32,000 nt of DNA from Thermodesulfobacteriota bacterium. GTDB taxonomy: Bacteria; Desulfobacterota; WTBG01; JAGOGO01. The notes beneath the pieces are model-generated. The model ran no database searches. It was given only the letters and a program-made list of their open reading frames with translations, and was not told where the DNA came from. Numbering within the stretch: the first letter of the stretch is position 1; each line of letters starts with the position of its first letter. Shown piece by piece: positions 25,900-32,000 of the stretch. Position numbers and translations under genes: made by a program. The stretch lies in assembly GCA_026625185.1 (NCBI GenBank), contig CP113000.1:735622-767621 (forward strand), in the 5' to 3' direction.

Positions 25900-26787
25900 T
25901 CAATTTGCGGGATTTACAATTCCCACATGATTCTGGTCAAACCTGGTGTTTAGGTCCCTAATTGACCCTAGGCTTTCCATAAGGTCCGGTAAATTGTCAG
26001 TCTGACCTATGAATGTCCACAGATAGGCGACTATTGCATAGATTTTCCCTGTGGTGAACTTGTCCAGATCAACACATATAAAAAGAACAACGATAAAAAT
26101 TATGACAAGCAACACTTTGACCGTACTATAACTGAATGCATTCCATGTGGCTATACTTGTCCTGGGTGGAATCATATTTAGGAAAAATTGTTGAATTTTA
26201 GTAGTATCCCTGTTTTCAATCAGCTTATACAGTTCTTCCTGGTTATCATGAAGATTTTTCTGTAACTTTGTTACATTTTTCCTGTTCAGATTATTTATAT
26301 ATGCAACCGGGAAAACAACCGCAAGGCAAACAAGCGCTATCCGATAGTCATAAAAGAAAAGAGCAATAATTGCTCCGGCTGAGGCAGAAAGCTGCCAAAG
26401 AGCTTCGGGCAAACGGTCTTTAAAGAAAGTAATATACTCTTTTACAAGTTCGGCTCTTACCAGCATCTTCGAGTACTGGTCACCCCTTGATTTTGACTCG
26501 CCAATAACTTTTGTTGCAACATCCGCATACATTTTTGAATAAGTTCCACCACTGAATAGCCTGTGAAGGCTGCCTCCTAACACATTCAGCAGATAAACAA
26601 AAACCCATACCATGAGCGGGATGAGATAGTCGACTTTTTCGTGATCATAAAAATGTCCGATTAAAGCATCCAGAAGCTTTCCGAAGAAGGTTGGTTCAAT
26701 GACCCATGCTATGTTTTCTATGAGCACGAATAAAAGTAAGAGGGCAATCCGGTACCTGTATTTGGTGATAATATCCTGTATTGTCAT
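25900..26787 (-). CDS. Stand-alone ABC-exporter-type six-TM membrane domain protein (no ATPase domain)
   Basis: 295 aa. N-terminal segment RIALLLLFVLIENIAWVIEPTFFGKLLDALI and helix spacing resemble type-I ABC exporter TMDs. AGGAG RBS. No Walker motifs. Confidence 0.55.
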   Translation of the reverse strand: MTIQDIITKYRYRIALLLLFVLIENIAWVIEPTFFGKLLDALIGHFYDHEKVDYLIPLMVWVFVYLLNVLGGSLHRLFSGGTYSKMYADVATKVIGESKSRGDQYSKMLVRAELVKEYITFFKDRLPEALWQLSASAGAIIALFFYDYRIALVCLAVVFPVAYINNLNRKNVTKLQKNLHDNQEELYKLIENRDTTKIQQFFLNMIPPRTSIATWNAFSYSTVKVLLVIIFIVVLFICVDLDKFTTGKIYAIVAYLWTFIGQTDNLPDLMESLGSIRDLNTRFDQNHVGIVNPAN

Positions 26788-26904
26788 ATTTAATTGGCTC
26801 CTTTTTAATCACAAATTTATGATGTTCTCCCCATTGTCAAGACAAAGAACAGGGTTGTATTTGGTGTGGACTGCGCCCCGGAGATTAGACAATTCCGGTT
26901 AGGG

Positions 26905-26978
26905 GATAAGAAGGGCGACGTAAGAAGGCGTAAGAAGGGGACGGGTAAGAAGGGGGTAAGAAGGGGGGTAAGAAGGGG
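26905..26978. repeat. Irregular tandem array of TAAGAAGG (6 units, 10-15 nt period) abutting the left RAYT inverted repeat
   Basis: Units at 26907, 26921, 26931, 26946, 26957 and 26969, seen directly. Confidence 0.85.
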
Positions 26979-28085
26979 ACGTCCATAAAATTATAACATT
27001 CTATTTCAGCACCTCAATCTTTCTCTCTCCGGCGATCTTCTCACCTCTCCTTGCTGATAGGCTTACCGCCGGCTGCGTTATTTTGAGGTGTCTGGCTACT
27101 TCGGTAGCGCTTATCCCCAAGCCGTTAACCGCTAAGAAACAAAATAAACTCCTCGCCTTTGCATCTGCTGGCCTTTTTCCTGATCCAATCATTTCTTCCG
27201 GCTTAATGCCAAATTCTTCTGCCACTTTTTTCGCTATTGCCTCTATATCATATCCCTTCGCTCGAAGTTTATACCTCCGGTCAGCTTCCTCTTCGGCCAC
27301 CTTTAATGCCCCCAGGACAAATTCAGTTTCCCCCAATATCCGCTCGTCTCCTTTTTGCCGCCTGCTTCCTTTTCGGAGATTCTCTATCTCTTTCCAACCC
27401 CCCAGACTCCGGATCAATCCTCCGCCGACTAATTCCGGCCTCTTTCCTTTTTCAATTCCCTCTTTAACATATTCCTGATACCGGTTTTGAGTGGCTTTTC
27501 TCTGTTTCCCAAAGTGCCCGAGAATATACCCGCTATCCTGCCAGGCTCTGTTTTCCTTTCCAAGTATTACACTGTGACCGCAATAGGTATAGGCGTTTAA
27601 TTGGTTCATATCTGAAATTATTTTTGCCCGCAAGGGGTTAAGATGAATATAACGAACCAGTTCTAAAAGATAGGGATCTTCCTGGCAAAGAATGGATTTA
27701 TAGCGGTTTTGAAAAAGCTGGCCGTGTCGGCGGTAACGTCGGTTATAGTACTGGGCATAACCGGTAAGGAGTCTTCTCATAACAGTTGCCAGCGGAACTT
27801 TCCCGCTTCTCAATAGAAGGTGGGCATGGTTGGGAATCAGCGCCCAGGCGTAACAGGAGGTTGCGGTTTCGGTAAGTATTCTGCCCAGGCGGTCTAAAAA
27901 ACTGTTTCGGTCAAAGTCATCTTTAAAGATTTCTTTGCGCTCAATTCCCCGAATGATGATATGGTGAACAGCTCCGGGGGCGTCTATGCGTGCTTTTCTT
28001 GGCATGGATCAATGTTATCAGCAAATTATAGCCTTGTCAAGAGAATGTTATATTTTTATGGACGTCCCTTCCAACTCCCGTCCCC
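26937..28085 (-). mobile_element. RAYT-like unit: Y1 transposase gene bracketed by inverted REP-like repeats
   Basis: GGGGACGTCCATAAAATTATAACATTC (26975-27001) versus its inverted copy at 28043-28069 (25/27). Outer inverted pair GGGGACGGG (26937-26945) / CCCGTCCCC (28077-28085). Confidence 0.75.
27001..28005 (-). CDS. IS200-like Y1 (HuH) transposase / REP-associated tyrosine transposase-like protein with a C-terminal DnaA-C-like HTH
   Basis: HuH motif NHAHLLL, RYIHLNP tyrosine region, and the conserved FQNRYKSILCQEDPYLLELVRYIHLNP block. C-terminal ATEVARHLKITQPAVS. Confidence 0.85.
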   Translation of the reverse strand: MPRKARIDAPGAVHHIIIRGIERKEIFKDDFDRNSFLDRLGRILTETATSCYAWALIPNHAHLLLRSGKVPLATVMRRLLTGYAQYYNRRYRRHGQLFQNRYKSILCQEDPYLLELVRYIHLNPLRAKIISDMNQLNAYTYCGHSVILGKENRAWQDSGYILGHFGKQRKATQNRYQEYVKEGIEKGKRPELVGGGLIRSLGGWKEIENLRKGSRRQKGDERILGETEFVLGALKVAEEEADRRYKLRAKGYDIEAIAKKVAEEFGIKPEEMIGSGKRPADAKARSLFCFLAVNGLGISATEVARHLKITQPAVSLSARRGEKIAGERKIEVLK

Positions 28086-28090
28086 TCGGT

Positions 28091-29191
28091 GAATTCAAAT
28101 TGCAAGTGCACCACGAGCTGCATTCCAGAACACTTCATAGGGTGTCCGGTAGTTGAGAGATTTTCTTGGCCGATTATTAAGCCTTTTAACAGCACGAGAA
28201 ATATCACGTTCGGTAATTTTTCTCATGTAAGTTCCTTTCGGAAAATACTGCCGCAGTAATCCGTTGGTGTTTTCATTGGCTCCTCGCTGCCATGCAGCAT
28301 AAGGATCGGCAAAGTAAATACTGAGTTTGGTTTTTTCCTCAAGTTCTTTAAATTGGGCAAACTCTGTTCCATTATCTACCGTTAAAGTTTGCCGCATTAT
28401 TCCAGGAATGCGCCTGAAAATTTGAGTGCTTTTATCTGTCAATGTCGTAGCTTTCTTATTTTCCAGCTTGCCAGCCAAAAGGTAGCGGCTCTTGCGTTCG
28501 ACTAACGTCGCGATATAGCCACTGCTTTTTTTGCCTTCGATCGTATCGCCCTCCCAGTCTCCAAATCGTTTTCTCCCTTCCACGATTTCAGGTCGTTGAG
28601 CAATTCTCTTGCGCCCGGCAAGAAACCGCCTTCCCAAACCATACCGTTTCTGGCGCCGTCGCCTTTTCCTCCCCCGCCGCAGGTTTAGATAAAGCTTGCC
28701 ATTAACCTTCGCATCCTTATAAATCCAGCGATAAATTGTCTCATGGCACACTCGCATCGTCTCATCATCAGGATAATTAATCCGCATATAATCGCTTATC
28801 TCCTCTGGAGACCATTGCAGATTCAGTTTTGTTTTTACATAATCAACAAGGCGCTCGTTGCCCTCCCGACGATAATGCCTGGCCTGATGCCGTCGTTTTA
28901 GAGCTACCGGATGCGTCCAGTCATACCAATAAACAGTGCAATCATATTCCGGCCCGTTGCGTTTAAGTTCACGACTGACCGTGCTGTGATCTCGGTTTAT
29001 CCGGCGGGCAATTTCTCGTTTACTAAATCCAGCCACATTTAAATGGCTGATGACATATCGTTCGTTTTCTGTTAAATGTATATATGACATGGCAGGCTCT
29101 TTCTGGTTGCGAGTTGGTCGTTCTTCTCAACATACCAGAATTCCTGTCATGTCGCATGCTTTTCTCAAATGGTGCACTTTGAAGTTGATTC
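28091..29191 (-). mobile_element. IS30-family insertion sequence (~1.1 kb)
   Basis: Imperfect terminal IRs GAATTCAAATTGCAAGTGCACCA (28091-28113) and TGGTGCACTTTGAAGTTGATTC (29170-29191), about 19/22 matching. Encloses a single transposase ORF. Confidence 0.8.
28095..29090 (-). CDS. IS30-family DDE transposase
   Basis: N-terminal HTH LTENERYVISHL...HSTVSRELKRN. DDE region WEGDT...VDNGTEF...RGANENTNGLLRQYFPKG. Confidence 0.9.
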   Translation of the reverse strand: MSYIHLTENERYVISHLNVAGFSKREIARRINRDHSTVSRELKRNGPEYDCTVYWYDWTHPVALKRRHQARHYRREGNERLVDYVKTKLNLQWSPEEISDYMRINYPDDETMRVCHETIYRWIYKDAKVNGKLYLNLRRGRKRRRRQKRYGLGRRFLAGRKRIAQRPEIVEGRKRFGDWEGDTIEGKKSSGYIATLVERKSRYLLAGKLENKKATTLTDKSTQIFRRIPGIMRQTLTVDNGTEFAQFKELEEKTKLSIYFADPYAAWQRGANENTNGLLRQYFPKGTYMRKITERDISRAVKRLNNRPRKSLNYRTPYEVFWNAARGALAI

Positions 29192-29493
29192 TACCTAGAA
29201 AAAATTCCCAGGGGGGTAGGGATTTTTCCCCTATGAGGGGCAAACCCCGTTAGAACGATTATGCACAAAGCATTTCTAACGGGATAAAAAATTTCGTAGG
29301 AAAATAGTGGGAAGACTAACTTACGTGGGGGCGAAAATTTTTTCGCACCTACTGATCTCCAAATTTTTTAAATAGTTAGGATAGGCGGGGATTAATGGTT
29401 TTTTTTGGCTTTCAGGATAAAATTACAGAAAGGCGACGCGGGAACAAGGGTATATCCGGCATTTCGTACCCTTTTTCAACAGCCCAATAAATG

Positions 29494-29680
29494 ATGAAGT
29501 CGTAAAAAGTTGAAAATCAGACGGCACAGTAAAATGCTTCAGATGCAAGGCGCGCAAATCCGACGGAATGAGGCGTACTTACCTGTACGCCGCAATGACT
29601 GAGGATGCAGCGCAACGCCGCAGATGGCGCGCTTCAGTTCTTTATCCCCCGCCGCAAGGCGGGACTTTTTACAAAGCCGT
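29494..29680 (-). mobile_element. Miniature non-coding element, family A copy 2, flanked by a perfect 9-bp direct repeat CAATAAATG
   Basis: Reverse complement of 2941-3126 with 5 substitutions. CAATAAATG at 29485-29493 and 29681-29689. Confidence 0.9.
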
Positions 29681-29698
29681 CAATAAATGCAGAGTAAA

Positions 29699-30202
29699 TT
29701 AATCGAGTTTCAGGTCGCCGTGTTTTTGGATGTGCTCGACCAAACCACCATCAGAGAGAATATTGGCCATGGCCTGAGGAAGGGGGGGGAAGGTATGGGT
29801 TTCATTTTTTGTCAAATTCTGGAGAGTTCCGGCAGTTAAATCCAATTCGAGTTCATCTCCGTCTTCAATTTTATCAGTATCCAGGATAACCGCGGGAAGT
29901 CCCACATTAATACAGTTGCGAAAAAAAATACGGGCAACACTTTTTGCAACTACGGCACTTACACCTGCAAGTTTAATGATGGTGGGGGCATGTTCACGAC
30001 TCGATCCTTGGCCGAAATTCTTGCCTCCCACCACAAAATCCCCGGGCTTAACATTTGAGGGAAATTCCGGCCGTGCATCTTCGAGCACATGTTTGGCTAA
30101 ATCCGGGAGATTGCTCCGCAGGTGAAAAAATCTCCCTGGAGCGATATGATCAGTGCTGATTCCATCGCCGAACTTCCAGGCTCTGCCTTTACGCTTATCC
30201 AT
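29699..30202 (-). CDS. leuD: 3-isopropylmalate/homoaconitate dehydratase small subunit (LeuD type 2, aconitase swivel domain)
   Basis: GDGISTDHIAPGRF and GKNFGQGSSREHAP blocks. 167 aa. AGGAGAAGG RBS. Confidence 0.85.
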   Translation of the reverse strand: MDKRKGRAWKFGDGISTDHIAPGRFFHLRSNLPDLAKHVLEDARPEFPSNVKPGDFVVGGKNFGQGSSREHAPTIIKLAGVSAVVAKSVARIFFRNCINVGLPAVILDTDKIEDGDELELDLTAGTLQNLTKNETHTFPPLPQAMANILSDGGLVEHIQKHGDLKLD

Positions 30203-30216
30203 GCCTTCTCCTGCTT

Positions 30217-30345
30217 TGATACCAAGTCGCCTTAATTTGCGTATCTTTGTTGTCTCATCGCCATACTCCTCGACGTACTAAAACATACGCCTGCGTCGAT
30301 TCCTCGTCCCTGACTCGATCTGCTTTTGAATGCAACTTGGTATCA
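30217..30345 (+). repeat. Fold-back intergenic repeat, family B copy 3 (129 bp)
   Basis: Perfect 11-bp termini TGATACCAAGT / ACTTGGTATCA. Lies between the radical SAM stop codon and the leuD RBS. Confidence 0.9.
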
Positions 30346-30378
30346 GGGAATTTTGATTCGCAGATAAAATAAAACTTT

Positions 30379-32000
30379 TTAAAATTCGAGAACAAGGTTA
30401 AAAATTGAGGAATCCACCTCAACCATATTCCTTACTTTTTCGTTAAGGATAATATGAATTCTATCCCCATGCCGAGAAAGTTTTTTCAGAAGCCTATTAA
30501 AATGCTTTTGCTGAGCTTCATGAAACTCTTCGATACGGAAAGTAATGGATGAGGTTGTATGTTTGAGAACTTTTTGTAAATGTTTGTCAATCCGCGTAAA
30601 GAAATCTTTGTCTAACCATCCCTTCATAGAAATAGAAAGGTTAGAAGCAGCATTTTTCATCTGACTCAAGTTGACCTCCAATGCGCCATGATCGAGATAA
30701 CCCTGAAAAGTTTTTTTGATTAGCCCCAGGTAGCTCTTGGCTAAAATATTTACTTTTTCAAACTCCTGAACGAATTGGCGTTCAACGTAGTCTCGCATCG
30801 CTAATCCAACAACCCAGTCATGGATCACAATCGGAATCAGTTTCGGCCGGAAAACAGGCAGTGATCGGCAAAAATAGAAGACGCGTGAAAAACCTCCTGG
30901 TTTTATTCCCCGGAAAAAGAAATTTTTTATTATCGGCAAAACTTCTCTCAACGGATATTGCTGAATCTTGTGAACGGGGTTGCGGAGATAACGAATTTTA
31001 TTTTTTATTCGGAAAGCAATGTTTCGATCCTTTAACAGTTGATTGTAAAGGCTACGATACCCTTTTACCATTTCCTCATATCCCATCTGTTTGGGCAAAA
31101 AATTTGTTCCGAGTACCGTATTGTCAGCACTATCCGCATCAGCAATAAGCCTTCCTTCTTTTCCCAATCGTTCATAAAGCGGAGTTTTCGGCAAAGCGGT
31201 TAAAAGCCCGATCATCGCTGTTTGGATGCCGGAGTCCATAATAAAGCGGAACTGCTTATCAAAGGTCTTCATGGTGTCATTATCAAAACCGATAATAAAT
31301 CCGGCAAGAATTTCAATGCCATGGGAATAAATTTTTCTTACTGAGGATAATATATCTTGGCGGGTATTTTGAAGTTTTTTTGTTTCTTTAAGGCTTTCTG
31401 CATCCGGGGATTCGATCCCGATGAAAACCCATTCGAAATTCGCCTGATGCAAAAGCTCAAGAAGCTCTTCATCATCAGCCATATCTAAAGAAGCTTCGGT
31501 CCCAAACTGAAACTTATATTTGTACTTGAGCTGGTAGTCGCTAAGGAACCTAAGCAGCTCTTTTGCGACCCGCTTTTTTCCGATCAAGTTATCATCAACA
31601 AAAAAAACATTGTCCGCATGGAGTTTTCTGAGAACGTCCAACTCGCTGCCTATCTGTTCAAGAGATTTAGTGCGGGGTTTGCGACCAAACATCACAATAA
31701 TGTCACAAAATTCGCAGCGATACGGACACCCCCGGGAAAACTGCAGACTTACTCTTTGGTAGCTTTCCAACTTCAAGAGGTCAAAACGGGGTACCGGAGA
31801 ATCTTTCAGGTCAACAGTTCCTGTTTCTTTGTATAATTTCTGTGGCTTGCCCAGTTCAAAGTCAATACAAAACTTCCCCCAGATATACTCAGCTTCACCC
31901 GCCACGACAGTATCGGTAAAAGATTCATAGACCTCTGGGCACAAAGAGGCATAGCTTCCGCCGGCAACAACAAAAAAGCCTTTCTTTTTATAAAACGTGA
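30379..32000 (-). CDS. B12-binding-domain radical SAM protein with DUF4070-like C-terminus (N-terminus beyond the window)
   Basis: CxxxCxxC (RGCPYRCEFCD). The frame stays open upstream of the track start, to the window edge (…KGFFVVAGGSYASLCPEVY, B12-binding-domain-like). Confidence 0.85.
   Translation of the reverse strand, partial: TFYKKKGFFVVAGGSYASLCPEVYESFTDTVVAGEAEYIWGKFCIDFELGKPQKLYKETGTVDLKDSPVPRFDLLKLESYQRVSLQFSRGCPYRCEFCDIIVMFGRKPRTKSLEQIGSELDVLRKLHADNVFFVDDNLIGKKRVAKELLRFLSDYQLKYKYKFQFGTEASLDMADDEELLELLHQANFEWVFIGIESPDAESLKETKKLQNTRQDILSSVRKIYSHGIEILAGFIIGFDNDTMKTFDKQFRFIMDSGIQTAMIGLLTALPKTPLYERLGKEGRLIADADSADNTVLGTNFLPKQMGYEEMVKGYRSLYNQLLKDRNIAFRIKNKIRYLRNPVHKIQQYPLREVLPIIKNFFFRGIKPGGFSRVFYFCRSLPVFRPKLIPIVIHDWVVGLAMRDYVERQFVQEFEKVNILAKSYLGLIKKTFQGYLDHGALEVNLSQMKNAASNLSISMKGWLDKDFFTRIDKHLQKVLKHTTSSITFRIEEFHEAQQKHFNRLLKKLSRHGDRIHIILNEKVRNMVEVDSSIFNLVLEF

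Noticed and set aside
26905-26978. Tandem TAAGAAGG (and GGTTTAG at 25694-25728) arrays as possible CRISPR arrays
   Set aside because: The units are only 7-8 nt with 2-7 nt irregular linkers. There are no 25-40-nt repeats or unique spacers, and no cas genes. They are subterminal arrays of the REP/RAYT-type repeats.
2941-29679. The two inverted 186-bp elements as ends of a 26.7-kb composite transposon or genomic island
   Set aside because: Each copy has its own flanking duplication (AAAGCTT versus CAATAAATG), which indicates two independent insertions. The enclosed genes are core housekeeping (rpmF, fab, rpiB, hpt). Only recombination-mediated inversion remains plausible.

Overview
This is a 32-kb bacterial chromosomal window, about 42-45% GC by eye, with a gene set typical of an anaerobe. 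All protein calls rest on motif recognition only, because no database search was possible.

Positions 1-25.5 kb are mostly housekeeping:
- pepA (partial), an FdhE-like protein and RNase Z
- a PEBP/YbhB protein, one orphan hypothetical and a secreted 5'-nucleotidase
- an MltD-like lytic transglycosylase
- the classical yceD-rpmF-...-fabD-fabG-acpP-fabF locus, with an acyl-CoA dehydrogenase where plsX/fabH normally sit, followed by rpiB and dCMP deaminase
- VanZ, an amidohydrolase, an NfnAB-type oxidoreductase and a CooC-type ATPase that appears to start at CTG
- Usp, panE, a Bacillus-type TetR/FadR regulator behind a perfect 18-bp operator palindrome, an RCK K+ channel and hpt

Positions 25.5-30.4 kb are accessory and mobile. 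They hold a REPIN-like inverted doublet and a stand-alone ABC-type membrane domain. They also hold a RAYT-like Y1 transposase bracketed by 27-bp inverted repeats with an expanded 8-nt tandem array, and an IS30 element inserted 2 bp beyond its outer repeat. A lone leuD and a B12-binding radical SAM gene (partial) follow.

I found no rRNA, tRNA, CRISPR array or recognisable defence operon. The unusual content is non-coding:
- a 186-bp structured miniature element present twice in inverted orientation, each copy flanked by a direct repeat (7 bp and 9 bp)
- a three-copy ~129-bp fold-back repeat whose first triplet serves as the stop codon of two genes
- the RAYT/REP-like repeat system

I cannot name a new protein-based system here and do not claim one.
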